DNA from: Octopus sinensis
Taxonomy: Eukaryota
Length of the DNA: 64,000 nucleotides
Assembly (NCBI RefSeq): GCF_006345805.1
Contig: NC_042998.1
Coordinates: forward strand, 61,194,001 to 61,258,000
Reading direction: 5' to 3'
Each line of letters begins with the position of its first letter. Within the stretch, counting starts at the first letter, position 1. Below, piece after piece: positions 38,744-54,010 of the stretch. The translations under genes and the position numbers were made by a program. The notes under the pieces are model-generated. The model searched no databases. It had not been told where the DNA came from and was given only the letters and a program-made list of their open reading frames with translations.

Positions 38744-40946
38744 AGAGAGAGAGAGAGAGAGACTATCATACTCATTCTAGCCTGAGACATTCTGGGAAGA
38801 TACTCCTGTAAGTGATGATATCTCATATCACACATCAGACTACCGTAAATATCTGACATCTTCATAAGATGATAAATCAAGAAGACGACGACGACGACCA
38901 TCATCATCATCATTATCATCATTGTTGCTTAATATCCGCATTCGATGCTGAGGTCTCACTGAAGGTTGGCAAGCCTAAAGGCTGCACCAGGCTCCAATTT
39001 GAACTGATATGTATGCATATATATGTAAACATATATATATTTGTATACATATATATGCATATATATGCATATACATACATAGAAATATCACAGTGAAAGT
39101 ATTAACTCACATTACAATAGTGATTTTATTGTTTCACTTTTCACAAATAATTGTACCTTAGCTTCAACCAGTCTGTCTTGGCATTCTCTACCTCTCTCTG
39201 AAGTCATTATTCTTATCCTCATTTTCTTGTAACTTTCAGTCCCTGCATCCTCATTATTCTTCCGTCATCACTTAAACGTCTCACTTTCTCAACATGTCTT
39301 CATGATTGTAAAATCACATCAGAGAGCAACGAGATATGTATAATATTATGAGATGCAAGACAACCTAACCAGTGCAAGCACTATGAGAAAATGGCCCCAG
39401 TACACACTTGAAAGTGATTTGTGAATGAGAGGAGACAGCTTAATTTTGAGTGGAACCTACAATAGAATTGCGGACATTGGAGTCTGGTACTGCCACTCAG
39501 CTTGCCAGCTCTGGTCAAACTCTCCAACTCATGCCAGCTTGGACACTGGATGTTATATGGTGATGATGATGTTAATCTTATTATTGCCTGTGTTACAATA
39601 GAACAGAAACAAAATCCTTTATATAATGTTTGCTGTTAAGAAGAGTATCTTGTCATGTAAAATCCAGAGTATTTAAGTGAGATGTGTGTGTACCTGAAGC
39701 ATTCAAAGTTGATGTTAACTCTGAATGAGAACAGATTTGGACATTGATGACCCATCTAATTGTTGGGAGCATGGATGCAGATGATGAATGATAATGACAC
39801 TATCATTTATTATTTTGTATTTATTATTTTGCATCTTGCAGCCTGTATCTAATCTTTATGACTTGGAACTTACACCTGTGTAGAAGGGTCTGACTGACAG
39901 AAACTGTCGTGTAATGTTTTTGTTAATAATGAGAGCAACATCACAAGTAAAATCTAATCCCATTGATGTTACCAACTTTATACTACATTTGTCACTGATA
40001 TTAATTAAAACAAACTAATTACAAAAGGTCACAGTAATGCTTTATAAAATATACCTAAATAGTATCATAACTATACAGAAATGTTTCACATATTGTTTCA
40101 GGAAACAATAACATCTGGATATTATTGGACTATTGAAGTCAATAATCAGTTTGTAGAGAAGTGGTTCTGTGCACAAGACAAACAGTAGAATTACTTACAC
40201 AGATGGTAATAAGGTTTAAATCTGTTGGGTGAGGGTACAAGATGATGCCATGATAAAATCAGGTTAAATTTCAGACATACAAATGTAAATCAGTTAATGA
40301 ATAATATCTGATTCATTATCATGTTAACAGGTTGTATATGTAATACAAAAAACACTGTCTGACATTGCAATACTAGATATCTATATAAATTGTATATAAT
40401 CTGACAAAAAAATAAGTGACTTTATTAGAGTGAATATGATTATTTCTCAGCACAGATCTATATTGTAGACGTTCCATCAAATCATCATCATCATCATTGT
40501 CATCGTCGTTTAATATCTGCTTTCTATGCTTAGGTCTGACTGATTTCTGGCAAGCGAGAAGCCTGAACCAGGCTCCAATCTGATATGATATGTATGCATA
40601 TACATGTAAACATACATATACATGCATACATATATATGCATATATATACAGACATATGCATACATAAATATATCACAGTGAAACTATTAACTCACATTAC
40701 AATAGTGATTTTATTGTTTCACTTTTGACAAGTAATACTGAAATAGTGTTAGAGATAAGAGATTGCTCCAGGAACACATTAGGCAAGAAGTTGAAAATTT
40801 GTTTGGCCCATGACACTGCATGGACCTTAAGTAAGGCCTGTGTGAAAATTGAATGAAATCATAGTGGTAGTTCTCTAGTTTTAGTGATACACACATACAA
40901 ACAGACAGACAGACACACATTTACACTCACACTTACATGCATTCTT

Positions 40947-41374
40947 AGGCGCAGGAGTGGCTGTGTGGTAAGTAGCTTATCTACCAAACACATGGTTGTG
41001 GGTTCAGTCCCACTGCGTGGCACCTTGGGCAAGTGTCTTCTACTATAGCCTTGGGCCGACCAAAACCTTGTGAGTGGATTTGGTAGACGGAAACTGAAAG
41101 AAGACCATCGTATATATGTATATATATGTATGCGAGTGTGTATTTGTGTGTCTGTGTTTGTCCCCTAGCATTGCTTGACAACCGATGCTGGTGTGTTTAT
41201 GTCCCCGTTACTTAGCGGTTCGGCAAAAGAGACCGATAGAATAAGTACTGGGCTTACAAAAGAATAAGTCTCGGGGTCGAGTTGCTCGACTAAAGGCGGT
41301 GCTCCAGCATGGCCGCAGTCAAATGACTGAAACAGGTAGAAGAATAAAAGAATAAAAAGAAAGAATAAAAAGAA
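40947..41374 (+). mobile_element. Full-length tRNA-derived SINE with (AAGAATA)n tail; copies at 48946-49373 and 56949-57375
   Basis: aggcgcaggagtggctgtgtggtaag head, gggttcagtcccac B-box-like motif, internal (TA)/(TG) tract, A-rich tail. Confidence 0.85.
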
Positions 41375-41954
41375 TATATATATATAGACTATAATACATA
41401 TTCTAACCTGAAACATTCTGGGAAGATACTCCGGTGAGAGATGATATCTCATATCAAACATCAGAGTATGTAAATCTCTGACATCTTCATATGATTAAAA
41501 ATCAAGAAGAACTTCTGGAGAACAATTTTGTAAACAAAGGAAATTATCTTTAACAATTTTTACCACTTAAAAACCTTTCCAGTTGAGATTTGTTATTGAA
41601 TCTCCTACATTACAAAGCTGAGAATGATGTTCTTATAAGTACTTTTGACTTTAATTGTCAGTTTCCCAAGATGTTAATAACATCATTAATCATCTCTGTT
41701 GGTTCACAAATGACAGTCACTCAGTCTTCTCATTCTCCACCTCTCTTTCAAATCACCATTCTTATCCTCGTTTCACTCCCTGCATCTTCATTATTTTTCT
41801 GTCATCACTTCTCAACGTGTCACCTTGAATGAAAGAACACATCATAAGAGCAGTAAGAACTGTCTAATTTTCTGGCTGCAAGAAAAACTGACCAATGCTA
41901 GTCCCCAAGAGAAAACTTATAGAAATAGATTTGGTACTTCAGTTTTATACTCAC

Positions 41955-41990
41955 CATCTTGCATTTCATATCCATCCTCCATGTGTGAGT
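41955..41990 (-). CDS. Cassette micro-exon, 36 nt, phase 1-1
   Basis: gaatttcag|...|GTGAGT; DSHMEDGYEMQD. Confidence 0.68.
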
Positions 41991-44657
41991 CTGAAATTCA
42001 TAATTTCAAGTGTTATAATTATAGTAAAATTTACCAGCATTCACATTCACACAAAAAGCTATAATTATTAATCTAAACTTTTACCAATAACGAATATTCA
42101 CAGCAACACTGACCAAATGATTGGACAGTTATAGTTTCTAATGTTTGTTGAGATTTTGTGATTGAGCCTCATACTTTACCAAAGCCAACATTGATGTTCT
42201 AGTAAGTAACACTGTCTTTGACTATTGGATTTTCAAGATGTTAGTAAATCATTAACCATCTCACAAATAATTGTATCTTAGCTTCATCCATTCGGTCATG
42301 TCATTCTCCATCTCTCTTTCAAGTCATTGTTCTTATCCTCATTTTCTTGTAACATTCAGTCTCTACATCCTCATTATTCTTCCGTTATCACTTAAACTTA
42401 TCACTTTCTCAACATGTCTTCATGTTTGTAAAAACACATCAAAGAGCAATGAGAATTGTATAATATTATGAGATGCAAACAACCTGACCAGTGCTAGCAC
42501 TATGAGGAAATGGCCCCAGTACACACTTGAAAGTGATTGGTAAATGAGAGGAGACAGCATAATTTTCTGTGGAACGTTCAATCTAATTGTGGACATTGGA
42601 GTCTGGTGCTGCCCCTCTGCTTGCCAGCTGTGGTCAAACTGTCCAACGCAGGCCAGCATGGACAATGGACGTAAAATGTTGATGATGATGACAATCTTAT
42701 TAGTGCCTGTGTTACAATAAAACATACCCAAGAGACTTTATAAAATGGTTGCTGTTAAGATGATAAGTTGTCAAAGAAAATCCAGAGTATTTACGAGAGA
42801 TGTGTGGCTACCTCAAGCAGTCAAAGTGGATGTTAACTCTGAATAAGAACTGGCTTGGACATTGATGACCCATCTAATCGACGGGAGCATGGAAGCAGAT
42901 GATGAATGATAATGACATTATAATTTTTTTTTTGGTATTTATTATTTTGCCTCTTGCAGCCTGTATCTAATCTTTATGACTTGGAACTTACACCTGTGTA
43001 GCAGGGTCTGACTGACAGAAACTGTCGTGTAATGTTTTTGTTAATAATGAGAGCAACATCACAATTAAAATCTAATCCCATTGATGTTACCAACTTTATA
43101 CTACATTTGCCACTGATATTAATTAAAACCAACTAATTACAAAAGGTCACAGTAATGCTTTATAAAATATACCTAAATAGTATCATAACTATACAGAAAT
43201 GTTTCACATATTGTTTCAGGAAACAATAACATCTGGACATTATTGGACTATTGAAGTCAATAATCAGTTTGTAGAGAAGTGGTTCTGTGCACAAGACAAA
43301 CAGTCGAATTACTTACACAGAGGGTAATAAGGTTTAAATCTGTTGGGTGAGGGTACAAGATGATGCTGTTATACAATCAGGTTAAATTTCAGACATACAA
43401 ATGTAAATCAATTATGAATAATATCCGATTCATTATCATGTTAACAGGTTGTATATGTATACAAAAAAAAAAACACTGTCTTACATTGCAATACTAGATA
43501 TTTATATAAATTGTATATAATCTGACTAAAAAATAAGTGACTTTCATTACAGTGAATATGATTATTTCTCAGCACAGATCTATATTCTCCACCTCTCATT
43601 GTTCTTATCCTCATTTTCTTATAATTTCAGTCCCGCATCCTCATCATTCTTCCGTTATCACATAAACTTCTCACTTTCTCAACAGGTCATCATGATTGTA
43701 AAAACACATGAAAGAGCAATGAGAATTGTATAATATTATGAGATGCAAGACAACCTGACCAGTGCTAGCGCTATGAGAAAATGGCCCCAGTACACACATG
43801 AACTTACACATGTGTAGCAGGGTCTGACAGACAGAAACTGTCTTCGATGTTATTGTTAATATAAGAACAACATCAAAAGGAATATCTAATTCCATTCATG
43901 TCACCAAAGTTACACTACAAATTTTCACTGATGTTAATTAAGACCAACTAATTACAAATGGTCACAGAAATGATTTATATAATATATCTAAGTACTATCA
44001 TAAATATACAGAAATGTTTCACATGTTGTTTCAGGAGACAATAACATCTAGACCTCATTGGACTATAGAAGTTAATAATCCCAGTTTGTAGAGAAGTGGT
44101 TGTGTGCCCACGAAAAACAGTAGAATTACTTACACAGAAGGTAATAAGGTTTAAATCTGTTGCGTGAGAGTACAAGATGATGCTATGAGAAAATAGGGTT
44201 CAATTTCAGACATACAAATGTAAATCAGTTAATAAATAATATCTGATTCATTATCATGTTAAAAGGTTTCATATGTAATACAAAAAAACACTCTCTGTCA
44301 TTGCAATAAAAGATATCTATACAAATTGTATATAATCTGACTAGAAAATAAGTGACTTTCATTACAGAGAATATGATTATGTCCCAGCATAGATCTCTTT
44401 TGCAGAATTTCCTTCTCCTCCTCATCCCTTTCACACCACAACCGCCATCACCACCACGCCGCCGCCGCCACCACACCACACCAGCCAGCACCACCACCAG
44501 GACAAGCACCACCACCACCACCACCACAACCTCACCACACCACCAGCACCCACCATCATCATCATCACATGATCATCATCATGATGAGGATGATGATGAA
44601 GATGATCATCATGATCATCATCATCATCTTCATCATCATCATCATCATCATCATCAA

Positions 44658-44689
<32 letters not shown>

Positions 44690-45858
44690 GCATCACCACC
44701 ATCATCACCATCACCACCACAACGACGACGACGACCACCACCACCACCACCACAACCACCACCATCATCATCATCATCATTATCATCAACATCATTGTTG
44801 CTTAATATCCGCATTCGATGCTGAGGTCTCACTGAAGGCTCGCAATCCTAAAGGCTGCAACAGGCTCCAATTTGATCTGATATGTACGCATATATATGTA
44901 AACATATATATATTTGTATACATATATATGCATATATATACATATACATACATAGATATATCACAGTGAAAGTATTAACTCACATTACAATAGTGATTTT
45001 ATTGTTTCACTTTTGACAAGTAATACTGAAATAGTGTTAGATATAAGAGATTGCTCCAGGATCACATTAGGCAAGAAGTTGAACATTTGTTTGGCCCATG
45101 ATACTGCATGGACATTAAGTAAGGCATGTGTGAAATTTGAATGAAATCATTTGGATAGTTCTAGAATTTTAGTGATGCAGAGAGACAAACATTTACACGC
45201 ACAGATACATGCATTCTCAGTTACATTATATATATATATATATATATAATATATATATATGGAGAGAGAGAGAGAGAGACTATCATACTCATTCTAGCCT
45301 GAGACATTCTGGGAAGATACTCCTGTAAGTGATGATATCTCATATCACACATCAGACTACCGTAAATATCTGACATCTTCATAAGATGATAAATCAAGAA
45401 GACCTTGTGGAGGACGATTTTGTAAACAAATGAAATTATCTTTAACAATTTTTTCTAGTTAAAATCATTTTCAGTTTAGATTTGTTATTGAATCTCCTAC
45501 ATTAGAAAGCTGAAAATGATGTTCTTATAAGTACTTTTGACTTTAATTGTCAGTTTCCAAAGATGTTAATACATCATTAATCATTTCTGTTGGTTCACAA
45601 CTAACAGTCACTCAGTCTTGTCATTCTCCACCTCTCTTTCAAATCACCATTCTTATCCTCATTTTCTCACAACTTTTACTCCCTGCATCCTCAGTATTCT
45701 TCTGTCATCACTTCTCAACATGTCACCTTGAATGAATAAACACATCATAAGAGCAGTAAGAACTGTCTAATTTCCTGGGATGCAAGAAAAACTGACAAAT
45801 GCTAGTCCTCAAGGGAAAACTGATCGAAATCAATTTGGTACTTCAGTTTTATACTCAC

Positions 45859-45915
45859 CATGTGGATGTGATGTACTTTGACCTGTTGTACTTGGCTGTC
45901 CAAATCTATATATGT
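45859..45915 (-). CDS. Cassette exon, 57 nt, phase 1-1
   Basis: gaatttcag|...|GTGAGT; DIYRFGQPSTTGQSTSHPH; aligns to the 66-nt type with a 9-nt in-frame deletion. Confidence 0.7.
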
Positions 45916-46633
45916 CTGAAATTCATAATTTTAAGAGTTTTAATTTATAGTAAAATTTTCCAGCATTCACATTCACAAAAAAAGCTACAATTATTAATCT
46001 AAATTTTTACTTTTCATGAACATTCACAGCAACACTGACCAAATGATATCGCAGTTAGACTTTCAAATATTTGTTGAGATTTTCTTATTGAGCCTCATAC
46101 TTTACCAAAACCAACATTGATTTCTATTAAGTAACCCTGTCTTTGATGATGATGATGATGATGATGATGATCGTCATCATATCATCGTCATCCTCATCAT
46201 CATCATTGTTTTTAATATCCAATTTCGATGCTAAGGTCTCACTGAATGCTGGCAAATCTAAAGGCTGCACCAGGCTCCAATCTGATCTGATATGCATGCA
46301 TATATATGTAAACATATCTGTATTTGTATAAATATATATGCATATATATACATATACACACATAGATATATCACGATGAAAGTATTAACTCACATTACAA
46401 TAGTGATTTTATTGTTTCATTTTGACAAGTAATACTGAAATAGTGTAAGAGATAAGAGATTGATCCATGATCACATTAAGCAAGAAGTTGAAAATTTGTT
46501 TGGCTCATGATACTGTATGGACCTGAAGTAAGGCATGTGTGAAATTTGAATGAAATCATTTGGATAGTTCTAGAATTTTAGTGATGCAGACAGACAAACA
46601 TTTACACGCACAGATACACTCATTTTCAGTTAC

Positions 46634-46668
<35 letters not shown>

Positions 46669-49600
46669 GAGAGAACGAGAGAGGGAGAGAGAGGGAGAGC
46701 GACTACCATACTTATTCTAGCCTGAGACATTCTGGGAAGATACTCCTGTAAGTGATGATATCTCATCATCATCAACATCATCATCATCATCATCACCATC
46801 ATAATCATCACCACCACCACCATCACCATCATCACCATCATCACACACCACCATACACCACCACCACCACACAACTACGACGACGACGACGACCATCATC
46901 ATCATCATTATCATCATTGTGCTTAATATCCGCATTCGATGCTGAGGTCTCACTGAAGGCTGGCAAGCCTAAAGGCTGCACCAGGCTCCAATTTGATCTG
47001 ATATGTATGCATATATATGTAAACATATATATATTTGTATACATATATATGCATATATATGCATATACATACATAGATATATCACAGTGAAAGTATTAAC
47101 TCACATTACAATAGTGATTTTATTGTTTCACTTTTCACAAATAATTGTACCTTAGCTTCAACCAGTCTGTCTTGGCATTCTCTACCTCTCTCTGAAGTCA
47201 TTATTCTTATCCTCATTTTCTTGTAACTTTCAGTCCCTGCATCCTCATTATTCTTCCGTCATCACTTAAACGTCTCACTTTCTCAACATGTCTTCATGAT
47301 TGTAAAATCACATCAGAGAGCAACGAGATATGTATAATATTATGAGATGCAAGACAACCTAACCAGTGCAAGCACTATGAGAAAATGGCCCCAGTACACA
47401 CTTGAAAGTGATTTGTGAATGAGAGGAGACAGCTTAATTTTGAGTGGAACCTACAATGGAATTGTGGACATTGGAGTCTGGTACTGCCACTCAGCTTGCC
47501 AGCTCTGGTCAAACTCTCCAACTCATGCCAGCTTGGACACTGGATGTTATATGGTGATGATGATGTTAATCTTATTATTGCCTGTGTTACAATAGAACAG
47601 AAACAAAATCCTTTATATAATGTTTGCTGTTAAGAAGAGTATCTTGTCATGTAAAATCCAGAGTATTTAAGTGAGATGTGTGTGTACCTGAAGCATTCAA
47701 AGTTGATGTTAACTCTGAATGAGAACAGATTTGGACATTGATGACCCATCTAATGGTTGGGAGCATGGATGCAGATGATGAATGATAATGACACTATCAT
47801 TTATTATTTTGTATTTATTATTTTGCATCTTGCAGCCTGTATCTAATCTTTATGACTTGGAACTTACACCTGTGTAGAAGGGTCTGACTGACAGAAACTG
47901 TCGTGTAATGTTTTTGTTAATAATGAGAGCAACATCACAAGTAAAATCTAATACCATTGATGTTACCAACTTTATACTACATTTGTCACTGATATTAATT
48001 AAAACAAACTAATTACAAAAGGTCACAGTAATGCTTTATAAAATATACCTAAATAGTATCATAACTATACAGAAATGTTTCACATATTGTTTCAGGACAC
48101 AATAACATCTGGACATTATTGGACTATTGAAGTCAATAATCCCAGTTTGTAGAGAAGTGGTTCTGTGCACAAGACAAACAGTAGAATTACTTACACAGAT
48201 GGTAATAAGGTTTAAATCTGTTGGGTGAGGGTAGAAGATGATGCCATGATAAAATCAGGTTAAATTTCAGACATACAAATGTAAATCAGTTAATGAATAA
48301 TATCTGATTCATTATCATGTTAACAGGTTGTATATGTAATACAAAAAAACACTGTCTGACATTGCAATACTAGATATCTATATAAATTGTATATAATCTG
48401 ACAAAAAAATAAGTGACTTTCATTAGAGTGAATATGATTATTTCTCAGCACAGATCTATATTGTAGACGTTCCATCAAAATCATCATCATCATCATTGTC
48501 ATCGTCGTTTAATATCTGCTTTCTATGCTTAGGTCTGACTGATTTCTGGCAAGCGAGAAGCCTGAACCAGGCTCCAATCTGATATGATATGTATGCATAT
48601 ACATGTAAACATACATATACATGCATACATATATATGCATATATATACAGACATATGCATACATAAATATATCACAGTGAAACTATTAACTCACATTACA
48701 ATAGTGATTTTATTGTTTCACTTTTGACAAGTAATACTGAAATAGTGTTAGAGATAAGAGATTGCTCCAGGAACACATTAGGCAAGAAGTTGAAAATTTG
48801 TTTGGCCCATGACACTGCATGGACCTTAAGTAAGGCCTGTGTAAAAATTGAATGAAATCATGTGGGTAGTTCTCTAGTTTTAGTGATACACACATACAAA
48901 CAGACAGACAGACACACATTTACACTCACACTTACATGCATTCTTAGGCGCAGGAGTGGCTGTGTGGTAAGTAGCTTATCTACCAAACACATGGTTGTGG
49001 GTTCAGTCCCACTGCGTGGCACCTTGGGCAAGTGTCTTCTACTATAGCCTTGGGCCGACCAAAACCTTGTGAGTGGATTTGGTAGACGGAAACTGAAAGA
49101 AGACCATCGTATATATGTATATATATGTATGCGAGTGTGTATTTGTGTGTCTGTGTTTGTCCCCTAGCATTGCTTGACAACCGATGCTGGTGTGTTTATG
49201 TCCCCGTTACTTAGCGGTTCGGCAAAAGAGACCGATAGAATAAGTACTGGGCTTACAAAAGAATAAGTCTCGGGGTCGAGTTGCTCGACTAAAGGCGGTG
49301 CTCCAGCATGGCCGCAGTCAAATGACTGAAACAGGTAGAAGAATAAAAGAATAAAAAGAAAGAATAAAAAGAATATATATATATAGACTATAATACATAT
49401 TCTAACCTGAAACATTCTGGGAAGATACTCCGGTGAGAGATGATATCTCATATCAAACATCAGAGTATGTAAATCTCTGACATCTTCATATGATTAAAAA
49501 TCAAGAAGAACTTCTGGAGAACAATTTTGTAAACAAAGGAAATTATCTTTAACAATTTTTACCACTTAAAAACCTTTCCAGTTGAGATTTGTTATTGAAT

Positions 49601-49953
49601 CTCCTACATTACAAAGCTGAGAATGATGTTCTTATAAGTACTTTTGACTTTAATTGTCAGTTTCCCAAGATGTTAATAACATCATTAATCATCTCTGTTG
49701 GTTCACAAATGACAGTCACTCAGTCTTCTCATTCTCCACCTCTCTTTCAAATCACCATTCTTATCCTCGTTTCACTCCCTGCATCTTCATTATTTTTCTG
49801 TCATCACTTCTCAACGTGTCACCTTGAATGAAAGAACACATCATAAGAGCAGTAAGAACTGTCTAATTTTCTGGCTGCAAGAAAAACTGACCAATGCTAG
49901 TCCCCAAGAGAAAACTTATAGAAATAGATTTGGTACTTCAGTTTTATACTCAC

Positions 49954-49989
49954 CATCTTGCATTTCATATCCATCCTCCATGTGTGAGT
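49954..49989 (-). CDS. Cassette micro-exon, 36 nt, phase 1-1
   Basis: Identical to 41955-41990, same splice sites. Confidence 0.6.
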
Positions 49990-52496
49990 CTGAAATTCAT
50001 AATTTCAAGTGTTATAATTATAGTAAAATTTACCAGCATTCACATTCACACAAAAAGCTATAATTATTAATCTAAACTTTTACCAATAACGAATATTCAC
50101 AGCAACACTGACCAAATGATTGGACAGTTATAGTTTCTAATGTTTGTTGAGATTTTGTGATTGAGCCTCATACTTTACCAAAGCCAACATTGATGTTCTA
50201 GTAAGTAACACTGTCTTTGACTATTGGATTTTCAAGATGATTTTCAAGATGTAAATCATTAACCATCTCACAAATAATTGTATCTTAGCTTCATCCATTC
50301 GGTCATGTCATTCTCCATCTCTCTTTCAAGTCATTGTTCTTATCCTCATTTTCTTGTAACATTCAGTCTCTACATCCTCATTATTCTTCCGTTATCACTT
50401 AAACTTATCACTTTCTCAACATGTCTTCATGTTTGTAAAAACACATCAAAGAGCAATGAGAATTGTATAATATTATGAGATGCAAACAACCTGACCAGTG
50501 CTAGCACTATGAGGAAATGGCCCCAGTACACACTTGAAAGTGATTGGTAAATGAGAGGAGACAGCATAATTTTCTGTGGAACGTTCAATCTAATTGTGGA
50601 CATTGGAGTCTGGTGCTGCCCCTCTGCTTGCCAGCTGTGGTCAAACTGTCCAACGCAGGCCAGCATGGACAATGGACGTAAAATGTTGATGATGATGACA
50701 ATCTATTAGTGCCTGTGTTACAATAAACATACCCAAGAGACTTTATAAAAGGTTGCTGTTAAGATGATAAGTTGTCAAAGAAAATCCAGAGTATTTACGA
50801 GAGATGTGTGGCTACCTCAAGCAAAGTCAAAGTGGATGTAACCTCTGAATAGAACTGGCTGGACATTGATGACCCATCTAATCGACGGGAGCATGGAAGC
50901 AGATGATGAATGATAATACATATCATTTTTTTTTTTGTATTTATTATTTTGCCTCGTGCAGCCTGTATCTAATCTTTATGACTTGGAACTTACACCTGTG
51001 TAGCAGGGTCTGACTGACAGAAACTGTGTGTAATGTTTTGTTAATAATGAGAGCACATCACAATTAAAATCTAATCCCATTGATGTTACCAACTTTATAC
51101 TACATTTGCCACTGATATTATTAAACCAACTAATTACAAAAGGTCACAGTAGTATGCTTATAAAATATACCTAAATAGTATCATAACTATACAGAAATGT
51201 TTCACAATTGTTTCAGGAAACAATAAAATCTGGACATTATTGGACTATTGAAGTCAATAATGAATAATATCCGATTCTTATCATGTTAACAGGTTGTATA
51301 TGTAATACAAAAAAAAAAACACTGTCTTACCTTGCCAATACTAGATATTTATATAAATTGTATATAATCTGACTAAAAAAATAAGTGACTTTCATTACAG
51401 TGAATATGATTATTTCTCAGCACAGATCTATATTCTCCACTCTCATTGTTCTTATCCTCATTTTCTTATAATTTCAGTCCCGCATCCTCATCATTCTTCC
51501 GTTATCACATAAACTTCTCACTTTCTCAACAGGTCATCATGATTGTAAAAACACATGAAAGAGCAATGAGAATTGTATAATATTATGAGATGCAAGACAA
51601 CCTGACTAGTGCTAGCGCTATGAGAAAATGGCCCCAGTACACACATGAACTTACACTGTGTAGCAGGGTCTGACAGACAGAAACTGTCTTCGATGTTATT
51701 GTTAATATAAGAACAACATCAAAAGGATATCTAATTCCATTCATGTCACCAAAGTTACACTACAAAATTTTCACTGATGTTAATTAAGACCAACTAATTA
51801 CAAATGGTCAAGAAATGATTTATATAATATATCTAAGTACTATGATAAATACAGAAATGTTTCACATGTTGTTTCAGGAGACAATAACATCTAGACCTCA
51901 TTGGACTATAGAAGTTAATAATCCCAGTTTGTAGAGAAGTGGTTGTGTGCCCACGAAAAACAGTAGAATTACTTACACAGAAGGTAATAAGGGTTTAAAT
52001 CTGTTGCGTGAGAGTACAAGATGATGCTATGAGAAAATAGGGTTCAATTTCAGACACAAAATGTAAATCAGTAATAAATAATATCTGATTCATTATCATG
52101 TTAAAAGGTTTCATATGTAATACAAAAAAACACTCTCTGTCATTGCAATAAAAGATATCTATACAAATTGTATATAATCTGACTAGAAAATAAGTGACTT
52201 TCATTACAGAGAATATGATTATGTCCCAGCATAGATCTCTTTTGCAGAATTTCCTTCTCCTCCTCATCCTTTCACACCACAACCGCCATCACCACCACCG
52301 CCGCCGCCGCCACCACCACCACCGCCAGCACCACCACCAGGACAAGCACCACCACCACCACCACAACCTCAACCACAACCACCAACACCACCATCATCAT
52401 CATCATCATGATCATCATCATGATGAGGATGATGATGAAGATGATCATCATGATCATCATCATCATCTTCATCATCATCATCATCATCATCATCAA

Positions 52497-52528
<32 letters not shown>

Positions 52529-53062
52529 GCATCACCACCATCATTACCATCACCACAACAACGACGACGACGACCACCACCACCACACCACAACCACCAC
52601 CATCATCATCATCATCATTATCATCAACATCATTGTTGCTTAATATCCGCATTCGATGCTGAGGTCTCACTGAAGGCTCGCAATCCTAAAGGCTGCAACA
52701 GGCTCCAATTTGATCTGATATGTACGCATATATATGTAAACATATATATATTTGTATACATATATATGCATATATACATATACATACATAGATATATCAC
52801 AGTGAAAGTATTAACTCACATTACAATAGTGATTTTATTGTTTCACTTTTGACAAGTAATACTGAAATAGTGTTAGATATAAGAGATTGCTCCAGGATCA
52901 CATTAGGCAAGAAGTTGAACATTTGTTTGGCCCATGATACTGCATGGACATTAAGTAAGGCATGTGTGAAATTTGAATGAAATCATTTGGATAGTTCTAG
53001 AATTTTAGTGATGCAGAGAGACAAACATTTACACGCACAGATACATGCATTCTCAGTTACAT

Positions 53063-53095
<33 letters not shown>

Positions 53096-53691
53096 GGAGA
53101 GAGAGAGAGAGAGACTATCATACTCATTCTAGCCTGAGACATTCTGGGAAGATACTCCTGTAAGTGATGATATCTCATATCACACATCAGACTACCGTAA
53201 ATATCTGACATCTTCATAAGATGATAAATCAAGAAGACCTGTGGAGGACGATTTTGTAAACAAATGAAATTATCTTTAAACAATTTTTTCTAGTTAAAAT
53301 CATTTTCAGTTTAGATTTGTTATTGAATCTCCTACATTAGAAGCTGAAAATGATGTTTTATAAGTACTTTTGACTTTAATTGTCAGTTTCCAAAGATGTT
53401 AATACATCATTAATCATTTCTGTTGGTTCACAACTAACAGTCACTCAGTCTTGTCATTCTCCACCTCTCTTTCAAATCACCATTCTTATCCTCATTTTCT
53501 CACAACTTTTACTCCCTGCATCCTCAGTATTCTTCTGTCATCACTTCTCAACATGTCACCTTGAATGAATAAACACATCATAAGAGCAGTAAGAACTGTC
53601 TAATTTCCTGGGATGCAAGAAAAAACTGACAATGCTAGTCCTCAAGGGAAAACTGATCGAAATCAATTTGGTACTTCAGTTTTATACTCAC

Positions 53692-53748
53692 CATGTGGAT
53701 GTGATGTACTTTGACATGTTGTACTTGGCTGTCCAAATCTATATATGT
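53692..53748 (-). CDS. Cassette exon, 57 nt, phase 1-1
   Basis: DIYRFGQPSTTCQSTSHPH; one change (G>C) relative to 45859-45915. Confidence 0.62.
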
Positions 53749-53974
53749 CTGAAATTCATAATTTAAGAGTTTTAATTTATAGTAAAATTTTCCAGCATTC
53801 ACATTCACAAAAAAAGCTACAATTATTAATCTAAATTTTTACTTTTCATGAACATTCACAGCAACACTGACCAAATGATATCGCAGTTAGACTTTCAAAT
53901 ATTTGTTGAGATTTTCTTATTGAGCCTCATACTTTACCAAAACCAACATTGATGTTCTATTAAGTAACCCTGTC

Positions 53975-54010
<36 letters not shown>

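Noticed and set aside
40947-41030. tRNA gene-like heads (also 2418)
   Set aside because: They are SINE heads with A/B-box-like motifs followed by SINE body and tail; no complete cloverleaf
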